A stretch of 64,000 nt of DNA, from positions 8,709 through 72,708 of the forward strand of contig JAPPQC010000053.1 in the NCBI GenBank assembly GCA_028817225.1. Reading direction: 5' to 3'. Under the pieces are notes generated by a model that saw nothing but the letters and a program-made list of their open reading frames with translations, was not told the origin of the DNA and searched no databases. This DNA is from Gammaproteobacteria bacterium (GTDB taxonomy: Bacteria; Pseudomonadota; Gammaproteobacteria; Poriferisulfidales; Oxydemutatoraceae). This document shows, piece by piece, positions 36,775 through 45,480 of this stretch. How positions within the stretch are numbered: the first letter of the stretch is position 1; each line of letters starts with the position of its first letter. The position numbers and the translations under genes are program-made.

Positions 36775-37665
36775 ATGCGGCGGTTTGTTGCGGCGGTCAT
36801 CTTGTTCGCGGTGCTTCCGGCGGCGGCGCAGCGCGACACCCCGGAAAACCAGTTGCTGATTGAGTTGCTCGACAAGGTCGAGCGCTTGCAGACCGAGTTG
36901 AACGAGTTGCGCGACCGCAACGACCGCCTGCAACACGAACTGGAGAAATTGAAGAGGGAATTCAACGGCGCCGCCGCGCCTGCGCCGGAAACCGGCGCGC
37001 CGGACGCGGCGCCATCGCCGGACGCCGCGCCGCTGGACACTGCGTCGCCGCAACGGGCTACGCCGCCGGGCGCTGTGTCGCCGGACACTGCCCCGCCGGG
37101 CATTGCGCCGCCGCCGGATGTCGCGCCGCCTGACACTGCATCGCCACCGGACGCCGCGCCATCACCGGATACCGCGCCGCCGCAACGCGCCGCGCCGCCG
37201 CCGGACACCACGCCATCGGACACCACGCCATCGGACGCCGCGCCGTCGCCGCCCGTGCGCCGGGATCAGCCGCCGGTGCACGGCGAGGAGGAGTACCGCA
37301 GGTATCGCGCCGCGTGGAGCGCGCTGAACGACAAGGATTATGTGCGCCTGCGCGAGGGCTTCGGTGAATTCCTGGAGCGCTATCCGCACGGCAAATACGC
37401 GGCCAGCGCGAAGTACTGGATCGGCGAATCGTGGTACGCGCAGCGCGATTTCGGCAAGGCCGAGACCGCTTTCAGGCGCGTCGTCGAAGAGCACGCCGAC
37501 CACCAGAAAAGCGAGGACGCCTCGGTCAAGATTGCGATCATCCGGATGGAGCGCGGCGAGCACGACGCCGCCCGCGAAATTCTCGACAGCCTCGCCGAAT
37601 CCGCGACGCAGAGGTCCGTCCGCGATTTGGCGCGCAAGAAACTCAAACTGCTGAAAAAGCGATGA
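36775..37665 (+). CDS. cpoB: Cell-division coordinator CpoB (YbgF) with an expanded Pro-rich linker
   Basis: Signal peptide, a coiled coil (LLDKVERLQTELNELRDRNDRLQHELEKLK), an approximately 105-aa PDxAP-type repeat linker, and a C-terminal TPR region (YPHGKYAASAKYWIGESWYAQRDFGKA). Confidence 0.88.
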   Translation: MRRFVAAVILFAVLPAAAQRDTPENQLLIELLDKVERLQTELNELRDRNDRLQHELEKLKREFNGAAAPAPETGAPDAAPSPDAAPLDTASPQRATPPGAVSPDTAPPGIAPPPDVAPPDTASPPDAAPSPDTAPPQRAAPPPDTTPSDTTPSDAAPSPPVRRDQPPVHGEEEYRRYRAAWSALNDKDYVRLREGFGEFLERYPHGKYAASAKYWIGESWYAQRDFGKAETAFRRVVEEHADHQKSEDASVKIAIIRMERGEHDAAREILDSLAESATQRSVRDLARKKLKLLKKR

Positions 37666-38459
37666 CGCCGACGCCGCCGGGCGGCTCCGCCGCAACCCCG
37701 GAGGCGGCCCCGAACGCGCCTTCAAACACGCCTCCGGACACGGCCTCAAATGCAGTCCCGGACACAACGCCGGACAAAGCCCCGAACAGGCCCCCGGACA
37801 CGCCGCCGGCGGACAGGCGCAACGCACTCAGAATCACCGAATTGTTTCACTCGCTGCAGGGTGAATCGCTGACGGCCGGCGTGCCGACCGTTTTTGTGCG
37901 CCTGACCGGCTGCCCGCTGCGCTGTCATTATTGCGACACGGCCTACGCCTTCAGCGGCGGCCACTGGATGGACATCGCCGACATCCTCGAACAGGTCGGG
38001 CGCCACGGCGCCGATTATGTGACGGTGACCGGCGGCGAGCCGCTCGCGCAGAAGCGCTGCCCGCGGTTGCTGGCCGCGCTGTGCGACGCCGGTTACCGGG
38101 TTTCGCTCGAGACCGCGGGCGCGCACGACATCGCCGTCGTGGACCCGCGCGTCGTCATTGTCATGGACATCAAGACGCCTGGTTCCGGCGAGGACGGGCG
38201 CAACCGCTACGGCAACATCGCGCGTCTGCGCGGCGGCGACCAGGTCAAGTTCGTCATCTGCGACCGCGCCGACTACGAATGGGCGAAGCGCAAACTGGAC
38301 GAGCACCGCCTGGACGAACGCTGCTGCGTGCTGTTTTCGCCGAGTTGCGGCGAGCAGGACGCCGCCGAACTGGCCGGCTGGATACTGCAAGACCGCCTGC
38401 GCGTGCGCCTGCAACTGCAACTCCACAAGATACTGTGGGGCGGGGAGCGCGGGCGTTGA
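37662..38459 (+). CDS. queE: 7-carboxy-7-deazaguanine synthase (radical SAM) with a Pro-rich N-terminal extension
   Basis: [38 protein letters not shown]...LQLHKILWG. The only canonical in-frame start upstream of the core is the ATG at 37662, which overlaps the cpoB TGA. Confidence 0.85.
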   Translation: MTPTPPGGSAATPEAAPNAPSNTPPDTASNAVPDTTPDKAPNRPPDTPPADRRNALRITELFHSLQGESLTAGVPTVFVRLTGCPLRCHYCDTAYAFSGGHWMDIADILEQVGRHGADYVTVTGGEPLAQKRCPRLLAALCDAGYRVSLETAGAHDIAVVDPRVVIVMDIKTPGSGEDGRNRYGNIARLRGGDQVKFVICDRADYEWAKRKLDEHRLDERCCVLFSPSCGEQDAAELAGWILQDRLRVRLQLQLHKILWGGERGR

Positions 38460-39157
38460 CCGGCGCCGCCGAACGCCGCGCGGTGGTGCTGCTGTCGGGC
38501 GGGCTGGATTCGGCGACGACGCTCGCCATCGCCGCGCGCGACGGCTGCCGCTGTTTCGCGCTGAGTTTCGCCTACGGCCAGCGCAACGCCGCCGAGATTG
38601 GCGCGGCGCGCCGCGTCGCCGCCGCCGTCGGCGCCGCCGAACACCGCTGCTTCACGCTCGACCTCGCCGCCATCGCCGACTCGGCGCTGACCGACCCGTC
38701 GGCGCCGCTGCCGGCAAACGGCGGCGGCGGCATTCCGCCGACCTATGTGCCGGCGCGCAACACGGTGTTTCTGGCGCTGGCGCTGGCGTGGGCGGAAACG
38801 CTGGGCGCGCGCAGCATTTATCTCGGCGTCAACGCGGTGGATTACCCGGGCTACCCCGATTGCAGGCCGCGCTTCATTGAATCCTTCGAGAAAACCGCCA
38901 ACCTGGCGACGCGCGCCGGCGTCGAGGGCGGCGGTTTTCGCATCGTAACGCCGCTGATTGCGCTGACCAAGGCCGGCATCATATCGCGCGGCGTTGCCCT
39001 CGGGCTGGATTACTCGCTGACGGTTTCGTGCTACCGCGCCGACGAACGGGGCCGCGCCTGCGGCGAATGCGACGCCTGCCGTTTCCGCCGCCGCGGCTTC
39101 GAGGAGGCCGGTGTGCCCGACCCGACCGCCTACCGCCCCGGCAGCGTTTATAATTGA
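38435..39157 (+). CDS. queC: 7-cyano-7-deazaguanine synthase
   Basis: [16 protein letters not shown]...[10 protein letters not shown]...C-terminal Zn Cys cluster [10 protein letters not shown]. The start is uncertain: GTG at 38435 or TTG at 38456. Confidence 0.9.
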   Translation: MGRGARALTGAAERRAVVLLSGGLDSATTLAIAARDGCRCFALSFAYGQRNAAEIGAARRVAAAVGAAEHRCFTLDLAAIADSALTDPSAPLPANGGGGIPPTYVPARNTVFLALALAWAETLGARSIYLGVNAVDYPGYPDCRPRFIESFEKTANLATRAGVEGGGFRIVTPLIALTKAGIISRGVALGLDYSLTVSCYRADERGRACGECDACRFRRRGFEEAGVPDPTAYRPGSVYN

Positions 39158-39209
39158 CCGCGTACTTCCGGGTTTCCGGTTTTTCAGATTTCGCAAGGCG
39201 GGTGCAAAC

Positions 39210-40427
39210 ATGGAATTATTGCTTCTTCAACAAATTTTGCTGGCGGGCTTTGTCATCGCGCTGGTGCTGGGCGCGGTGACCTGCAAGACCAGTTTCTGCA
39301 CGATGGGTGCGGTGTCGGACATCGTCAACATCGGCGACAGCGGGCGCATGCGCGCGTGGCTGTGCGCGATGGCGACGGCGGTCATCGGCGTCGCGCTGAT
39401 TGACGGCTTTGCCGGCGCCGACCTGTCGCTCGCCGACGACGGCGCCACCGGCAAGCCGCCGTACGGCACGCCGGTGTTCGTCTGGCCGCGCTACATTCTC
39501 GGCGGCCTGCTGTTCGGCGTCGGCATGACGCTGGCCTCGGGCTGCGGCAACAAGACGCTGGTGCGAATCGGCGGCGGCAACCTGAAGTCGGTCGTCGTTT
39601 TTCTGGTGATGGGCGCCGGCGCCTACCTGATGATCTACACCAACTTCGGCTACCACCTGTTTTTGCGGTGGATGCCGTCGCTGGACTTCTCCGCCTGGGG
39701 CCTCGCCAGCCAGGGCGTGGATGAACTGGTCGGGCATCCGCTCGGCATCGCCGGCCCGGCGTGGAGCCGGATAACGGCGCTGATCATCGGCGCCGCGGTG
39801 CTGGCGTGGGTTTTCCGGTCGCGCGACTTCCGCGCCAGCCTTGACAATCAACTGGGCGGCTTTGTCGTCGGCGCGGCGGTGGTCGGCGCGTGGTACCTGA
39901 CGGCGGGGCCGGCGGGCCGCAGCCTGCTCGATGAAATCGCGTTTCTCGACGAAATTCCGTACGACGCCGGCGCCCAGTCTTTCACCTTCGTCAAGCCGAG
40001 CGCCCATCTGTATTACTACATTCAGGAGGGCTTTGCGTCCAACCTGCTGACCTTCGCGCTGGTCGCCGCGTTCGGCGTTGTCGCGGGTTCGTTTCTCTAC
40101 TCGGTGGTTTCCGGCAACTTCCGCATCGAGTGGTTCGCCGGCGGCGGCGACCTCGCGCGCCACCTGATTGGCGGCTTTCTGATGGGCGTCGGTGGCGTGC
40201 TGTCGCTCGGCTGCACCTTCGGCCAGGCGATTACCGGCGCCTCGACGCTGGCGCTCGGCTCCTTCATCACCTTCGCCGCGATTGTGCTGGGCGCGGCGCT
40301 GACGATGAAGGTGCAGTACTACAAGATGGTGTACGAGGACGACGCGACTTTTGCCGGCGCGCTGGTCGCGTCGCTGGCCGACTTGCGCCTGGCGCCCGCC
40401 GCCTGGCGCAAACTCGACCGCGTCTGA
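39210..40427 (+). CDS. YeeE/YedE family sulfur-compound transporter (duplicated-domain form)
   Basis: CKTSFCTMGAVSD and LASGCGNKTL in the first half, and GVLSLGCTFGQAITG in the second half. About 9-10 TM helices. Confidence 0.8.
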   Translation: MELLLLQQILLAGFVIALVLGAVTCKTSFCTMGAVSDIVNIGDSGRMRAWLCAMATAVIGVALIDGFAGADLSLADDGATGKPPYGTPVFVWPRYILGGLLFGVGMTLASGCGNKTLVRIGGGNLKSVVVFLVMGAGAYLMIYTNFGYHLFLRWMPSLDFSAWGLASQGVDELVGHPLGIAGPAWSRITALIIGAAVLAWVFRSRDFRASLDNQLGGFVVGAAVVGAWYLTAGPAGRSLLDEIAFLDEIPYDAGAQSFTFVKPSAHLYYYIQEGFASNLLTFALVAAFGVVAGSFLYSVVSGNFRIEWFAGGGDLARHLIGGFLMGVGGVLSLGCTFGQAITGASTLALGSFITFAAIVLGAALTMKVQYYKMVYEDDATFAGALVASLADLRLAPAAWRKLDRV

Positions 40428-40452
40428 GGCGCGCCGCGCCGCCCGCGCGCGG

Positions 40453-41322
40453 CTACTGCCCGAACAGGTATTTGACGGTGAACAGCGCCGACCAGTAGTC
40501 GATGCCGGCGAACTTCGTGCGGTTGGTCAGGTTCGGCTCGTCAGTGTGTTCGTCGTAGCGGTTGGTGTCCGAGAAGTCGTCGAGGTCGGTGTACGAGACC
40601 TTCAGGCCGACCAGAAACCTGCGGTTGACGCGGTAGTCCGCGCCGGCGTGCAACTGCCACGCGTACACCGTGTCTTCCATGTCCGTGTCCTGCACAACCC
40701 GGCGGCGGTTTGTCGGGCGGTGACTGTCAACAAAGACCGAGATGTAGCGCACATCCGTCACCTTGACATCGGCCCTGCCGATGCCGGCCCCGACATAGGG
40801 AATGAAGTCGCCGTAACCGGGGAAGTCGTAATAGACATTGGCGAACAGCGAGCGGGTTTCTATCCTGCCGACGCCGCTGGTCTCGGATTCCTGCGCCGAA
40901 CTGGGCAGCCGGCAGTCGGTGCCCAGAAAGCACGCCGGCGAACCGTCGCTCAGCGAAGAGCTCCTGAAACGGTGCGTGGCGTCGTTGCGGGCGTGGTTGG
41001 CGTTGATCTCCAGCCGGAATTGATTCCACATCCAGCCGGCGGACAGGCCGAATTGCAGCCCGGTGTCGGTGTCCACCTCGTATTCCCAGCGGTAGCCGGG
41101 TTCGCCGCCCGGGAAGCCCGTTTCGCAGCCGGTGAAATAACAACTCATTTCCTGGTTGCGCCCCTGCTGGCGGAAATCCGCCCGCCAGACGAGGCCGGCG
41201 TCGCCGCCGACATAAAATCCCGAACGCGCCGCCTGCCCGCTTGCGGGCGCCGCCGCGCAGGCCAGCAGCCCGGCAAGCAGCAGCGCCGCCGTGCCGCGAA
41301 ATGAAATGTTGCAATATGTCAT
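40453..41322 (-). CDS. Outer-membrane beta-barrel protein (OmpA-barrel/OmpW-like porin family)
   Basis: Signal peptide ...LLACAAAPASGQA, alternating aromatic/hydrophobic strands (GFYVGGDAGL, LFANVYYDF, YVGAGIG, LHAGADYRV) and a C-terminal FTVKYLF-type terminal strand. Confidence 0.75.
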   Translation of the reverse strand: MTYCNISFRGTAALLLAGLLACAAAPASGQAARSGFYVGGDAGLVWRADFRQQGRNQEMSCYFTGCETGFPGGEPGYRWEYEVDTDTGLQFGLSAGWMWNQFRLEINANHARNDATHRFRSSSLSDGSPACFLGTDCRLPSSAQESETSGVGRIETRSLFANVYYDFPGYGDFIPYVGAGIGRADVKVTDVRYISVFVDSHRPTNRRRVVQDTDMEDTVYAWQLHAGADYRVNRRFLVGLKVSYTDLDDFSDTNRYDEHTDEPNLTNRTKFAGIDYWSALFTVKYLFGQ

Positions 41323-41396
41323 GAAGGTTTCCTTTGTGTTGGGTCGGTTATAATTCGCATCAGGCGAATCGCCGCAGCCAATGATACTACGCGACC

Positions 41397-41692
41397 GTGA
41401 CTGAATCCATCTCTTTTCTCGAAAGCATTGAGCAGTTGGTGCTGTCGGCGGCGGTTTATCTGCTGATTGCGTTTTTTGCGCTGCTGCTGCTGGCCCTCGT
41501 CACCGTCGCCGTCCTCTACATCGTGGATGTGGTGCAGATGAAGAACGCGATTCACCGCAACTATCCGGTCATCGGCCACTTCAGGGAACTGTTCGAGCAC
41601 CTGGGGGAATTCTTCAGGCAGTATTTCTTCGCGATGGACCGCGAGGAACTGCCGTTCAACCGCGCCCCGCTGAAAGGGGCTGAAAGGGGCGC
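41397..41692 (+). pseudogene. 5' remnant of an FMN-binding glutamate synthase family (GltB domain-2-like) gene
   Basis: The first 92 or so codons (TM anchor, then QMKNAIHRNYPVIGHFRELFEHLGEFFRQYFFAMDREELPFNR) resemble the N-terminus of about 540-aa glutamate-synthase-related proteins. Similarity stops at a 10-bp tandem repeat (41671-41690), and the frame then runs antisense through rpsI. Confidence 0.6.
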
Positions 41693-42091
41693 TCAGCGCT
41701 TCGAGTACTGGATGTCTTTGCGCGCCTTGCGCAGGCCGACTTTCTTGCGCTCGACGATGCGCGCGTCGCGCGTCAGAAAACCGCCCTGGCGCAGCGGCGC
41801 GCGCAAATCCGCGTCGGACTGCAAAAGCGCGCGGGCGATGCCGAGGCGGATGGCGCCGGCCTGGCCGCTCGGGCCGCCGCCTTTGACGGTGATGTCGAAG
41901 TCGAATTTCTTCACCGCCGACACCGCCGCGAGCGGCTGCTCGACGAGCATGCACAGGGTTTCGCGCGGAAAGTATTCGCTGAACTTGCGCTGGTTGACGC
42001 GAATCTTGCCGGAGCCCGGGCGCATGAAGACGCGCGCCACCGAGCATTTGCGGCGCCCGGTTCCGTAATACTGCCGGCTGCCTTCGGCCAT
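41693..42091 (-). CDS. rpsI: 30S ribosomal protein S9
   Basis: [15 protein letters not shown]...[19 protein letters not shown]...[19 protein letters not shown]. Confidence 0.97.
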   Translation of the reverse strand: MAEGSRQYYGTGRRKCSVARVFMRPGSGKIRVNQRKFSEYFPRETLCMLVEQPLAAVSAVKKFDFDITVKGGGPSGQAGAIRLGIARALLQSDADLRAPLRQGGFLTRDARIVERKKVGLRKARKDIQYSKR

Positions 42092-42525
42092 CAGTTCAGT
42101 ATCTCCAGCGTGGCCGGCTGCTGCGCCTCGTGGCCGTGCTGTTCGCCGGCATAGACGCGCAGTTTGCGGAGCATCGCGCGCCCCAGCCGGTTTCTCGGCA
42201 GCATGCCCTTGACGGCGTATTCAATGGCGCGTTCGGGGTGTTGTTCCAGCATTTCTTTCAGCGATGTTTTTTTCAGGTTGCCGATGTGGCCGCTGTGGCG
42301 GTGGTAGAACTTGGCGTTTTTCTTGTCGCCGGTGACGGCGACGCGCCCGGCGTTGATGACGACGATGTGGTCGCCGGTGTCTATATGCGGCGTGAACTGC
42401 GGCTTGTGCTTGCCGCGAAGCCGCTTTGCAATCTCGCTGGCGAGCCGGCCGAGCGGTTTGCCGGTGGCGTCAATCAGATACCACTTGCGCTCGACTTCGC
42501 CGGGTTTGGCGCTGTAAGTCTTCAT
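42091..42525 (-). CDS. rplM: 50S ribosomal protein L13
   Basis: [17 protein letters not shown]...GDHIVVINA...[13 protein letters not shown]. Confidence 0.97.
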   Translation of the reverse strand: MKTYSAKPGEVERKWYLIDATGKPLGRLASEIAKRLRGKHKPQFTPHIDTGDHIVVINAGRVAVTGDKKNAKFYHRHSGHIGNLKKTSLKEMLEQHPERAIEYAVKGMLPRNRLGRAMLRKLRVYAGEQHGHEAQQPATLEILN

Positions 42526-42658
42526 AAAAGGTCAGCCCCCGCTGTTCAGGGGGCGCCCATGATAGCCGAACCGCCGCCAATCGGCAAGGGGCCGGCGGGC
42601 GGGCCGGATGGCGGGTTTTCCGGCAGGCCGGGGCCGTCTTCCCCTATACTACCGCCGT

Positions 42659-42751
42659 GGAGAGGTACCGAAGTGGTCATAACGGCGCTGACTCGAAATC
42701 AGATGGTCGGTTTTTGCCGGCACGTGGGTTCGAATCCCACCCTCTCCGCCA
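42659..42751 (+). tRNA. tRNA-Ser (anticodon CGA), CCA encoded
   Basis: GGAGAGG acceptor arm pairs with CCTCTCC-G-CCA. Anticodon loop is CT-CGA-AA. A long variable arm and a GGTTCGAATCC T-arm are present. Confidence 0.92.
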
Positions 42752-42800
42752 AATTTTCTGCGGCTGGTCGGGAAGCCGCCATTGAACGCCTGAGGAGGTC

Positions 42801-43142
42801 ATGATGAAAAACACGATGAAGAAACTGGCTGTGGCGCTTGCCGCTGTGGCAGCGGCGGGGTGCGGCTCATATGAGGATGAATTCTCCAAAAGCCGCTACG
42901 CGGCGGAGATGCAGGGCATGATGGATGTCTGCATGGCGATGCAGAAAAACGGCGAACTGCCCGGCATTGCCGGCGGTGAAAACCGCGCGCTGGAGTTTGC
43001 GACGGAGCAGATAGACTTCTCGGAAAAAGACGATGTCGGCTATCCGCTGCAAATCCAATGCATGATTTCCGGAGACGGGCAGGCGCAGACGTTCACCTTC
43101 AACCGGGAAACGGCGGACGCGGACTGGATGCTGATGCGGTAG
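42801..43142 (+). CDS. Hypothetical lipoprotein (113 aa)
   Basis: Signal peptide with lipobox LAAVAAAG-C. Lies in an AT-richer patch. No recognisable family. Confidence 0.6.
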   Translation: MMKNTMKKLAVALAAVAAAGCGSYEDEFSKSRYAAEMQGMMDVCMAMQKNGELPGIAGGENRALEFATEQIDFSEKDDVGYPLQIQCMISGDGQAQTFTFNRETADADWMLMR

Positions 43143-43166
43143 GCGCCTGCGGCGTTGCGGCGCGGC

Positions 43167-45359
43167 TCAGAACATCCACTTCAGGCCCGCGCCGCCTTTG
43201 TAGTCGGAGTCGTAGAGCGCGGTCAGCGACAGGTTTTTGTTGAGTTCCCACGACAGGCCGACGCGGTACTCGTCGTCGTCCTTGAGTTCGTAGTGCCATT
43301 CCAGCATCAGCCGCGATGTCAGTTGCAGCGCGGATTTCAGTTCAAGGCTGGCTTCGTTGCCGGAGTCGAGCCGCAGGTCGGCGTCTATCAGCAGCGGCAG
43401 CGTGTAGTGCAGGCCGATGACGGCGTGCTTTTCCGGGTCTTCGTGGCTGTCTTCGCGTTCAAGGGTGGCGCCGATGTAGCCGTCGAGGAAGCGGCTGAAG
43501 TTTCTCCGGTAGAGAAAGTCGGCGTCGTAGGCCTTGTCGTAATCGTAATCGTAGTGGACGACGAAGGCGTTGCGCAGGTTGGAGGCGCGCAGGCGCCCGG
43601 CCGCCATCTGGCCGAGCACGGCGGCGTGGCCGGCGAAATGCCAGGCGTTGTCGTGCGCGATTTTCTCCCTCGTGCCGTCGTTGAACGACGATGAACCCTC
43701 GTAACTGATGACGCGCGCCATGCCTGTGTGCATGTGGTAGAGGTTGTGGCAGTGGAAGAACCAGTCCTTGTCTTCCTTCGCCTCGAACTCAATGACGGTT
43801 GTGCCCATCGGCGGCACATTGACGGTGTGTTTCAGCGGGCTGTATTCGCCCTGTCCGTTCAGAACCCGGAAGAAATGCCCGTGCAGGTGCAGGGGGTGGT
43901 TCATCATCGTCTCGTTCTCAAGCACAAGGCGGGTGTTTTCGCCCTTGCGGATGCGGATGCTGTCGGATTCTGAAAGCGTCTTGTCGTTGAACGCCCACAC
44001 ATAGCGCTCCATGTTGCCGGTCAGTTGCAGGCGCACCTCTCTTTCGGGCGCGCCGGCGGGCAGCGTTGTCCGGTTTTTCGCGCGCAGCGCCGAGTAGTCG
44101 GTGAGGTGCGCGACGACCGCGCCGCCGCTGTCAGGCCGCCGGTGGTGCGCGTGCATGTCGTGTTCGTCGTGCTCGTCTTGCATTTTGTGCGTGTCCGGCA
44201 TGTCGTGTGCCTCGTGCATGTCGTGCGCTCCGTGCGCCTCTTGCATGTTTTGTGCTCCGTGCGTGTCATGCGCCTCGTGCGCGTCTTGCATGTCATGTGC
44301 GCCGTGCATGTCGTGCATATCGTGTGCGCCATGGTGCGCGTGGCTCATCCGGTACCAGTCGGGCATCGGGATATCCGGCGCCTGCACCCGTTCGCCGGCG
44401 CCGATGAAGGTGTTGCTGTAACCGGCGCCGTCCACCGAAGTCGCGCGCAGCGCGTAGGCGCGGCGCTGCGGTATTTCGACCACCACATCCCAGGTCTCGG
44501 CAATCGCGATGCGCAGGCGTTGCACCTTCCGCGGCTCGACATCAACGCCGTCGGCGGCGACGACGGTCATCGGCCCGCCGGCGAACTCGACATCAAAGTA
44601 ACTCGATGCGGCGGCGTTGATCAGCCGCAGCCGGACGCGCTCGCCGGCGTCCGCCGCCAGCGTCTGCTCACGCTTGCCGTTGGCGAGGAACAGGTCGTAG
44701 CCGACATCGGACGGGTCCATCGGCCCCATGCGTATCCACGCCCCGTGCAGGCGGTTTTTGACCGCCGGCCAGCCGCGCGCCGCGACCCCGGCCCATGACT
44801 GCACGGTGTTTTTCTTGCGCGCGTAATAGTCGCCGTCTTTTTTCAGGTTGCGAAGAACCCGCGCCGGCGCCTCGTCGGTCCAGTCCGACAGCACCACGGC
44901 GTAATCGCGTTCGGCGGCGACGGTTTCCTTCTCGGGGTGAAAAATCAGCGCGCCGTAAATGCCGCGTTGTTCCTGCAGGCCGCTGTGCGAGTGGTACCAG
45001 TAGGTGCCGGCGTGGGTCACTTTGTACTGGTAGGTGAACGACGCGCCGGGGGCGATCGGCTGCGTCGTCAGCCACGGCACGCCGTCCTGGTCGTTGGGCA
45101 GCAGAATGCCGTGCCAGTGCACCGAACTCTCCTCGTCCAGCCGGTTGCGGAAAGTGACGCGCAGCGTGTCGCCGACGGCGGCCTCGATGGTCGGCGCCGG
45201 AATTTGGCCGCCGATGGCGATTGCCTGCGCCGGTTTGCCGGTGAAATGCACGGTGATGGTGTCGATGTCAAAGGCATACTCGACCAGCGCCGCCCGTGCG
45301 CCGTTCGCCGACAGCGCCGCCAACAGCGCCGCCGCAGCCATCGTGCGGAATGTTTTCAT
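43167..45359 (-). CDS. Multicopper oxidase (CopA/PcoA-like) fused to a C-terminal CopB/PcoB-like outer-membrane domain
   Basis: Cu sites: HWHGILLPN, WYHSHSG, HPLHLHGH and HCHNLYHMHTGM. A His/Met/Asp-rich HDMH repeat insert is present. The last 175 or so aa (43167-43694) resemble the CopB family: ...IGLHYTLPLLIDADLRLDSGNEASLELKSALQLTSRLMLEW...GGAGLKWMF, ending in a terminal F. Start at the ATG at 45359. Confidence 0.8.
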   Translation of the reverse strand: MKTFRTMAAAALLAALSANGARAALVEYAFDIDTITVHFTGKPAQAIAIGGQIPAPTIEAAVGDTLRVTFRNRLDEESSVHWHGILLPNDQDGVPWLTTQPIAPGASFTYQYKVTHAGTYWYHSHSGLQEQRGIYGALIFHPEKETVAAERDYAVVLSDWTDEAPARVLRNLKKDGDYYARKKNTVQSWAGVAARGWPAVKNRLHGAWIRMGPMDPSDVGYDLFLANGKREQTLAADAGERVRLRLINAAASSYFDVEFAGGPMTVVAADGVDVEPRKVQRLRIAIAETWDVVVEIPQRRAYALRATSVDGAGYSNTFIGAGERVQAPDIPMPDWYRMSHAHHGAHDMHDMHGAHDMQDAHEAHDTHGAQNMQEAHGAHDMHEAHDMPDTHKMQDEHDEHDMHAHHRRPDSGGAVVAHLTDYSALRAKNRTTLPAGAPEREVRLQLTGNMERYVWAFNDKTLSESDSIRIRKGENTRLVLENETMMNHPLHLHGHFFRVLNGQGEYSPLKHTVNVPPMGTTVIEFEAKEDKDWFFHCHNLYHMHTGMARVISYEGSSSFNDGTREKIAHDNAWHFAGHAAVLGQMAAGRLRASNLRNAFVVHYDYDYDKAYDADFLYRRNFSRFLDGYIGATLEREDSHEDPEKHAVIGLHYTLPLLIDADLRLDSGNEASLELKSALQLTSRLMLEWHYELKDDDEYRVGLSWELNKNLSLTALYDSDYKGGAGLKWMF

Positions 45360-45436
45360 GGCCCCTGGATTATAACGCCGTTGCAGCGGCGATTGCGGGG
45401 CCGCGCCGCCCGTTTTCGGGCGGGGGGAGGTCAATG

Positions 45437-45470
45437 AAAACCCGCGCGCCGATCCCGGCGCGCGGGTTTT
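45437..45470. terminator. Bidirectional intrinsic terminator downstream of amtB
   Basis: AAAA-CCCGCGCGCCG-ATCC-CGGCGCGCGGG-TTTT: an 11-bp GC stem flanked by A and T tracts. Confidence 0.8.
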
Positions 45471-45480
45471 CGCGTTGGCG

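Noticed and set aside
44145-44350. A regularly spaced repeat array that could be mistaken for a CRISPR or minisatellite.
   Set aside because: The repeats are imperfect, contiguous and in frame inside the multicopper oxidase ORF, where they encode the His/Asp/Met-rich insert. There are no unique spacers and no cas genes.
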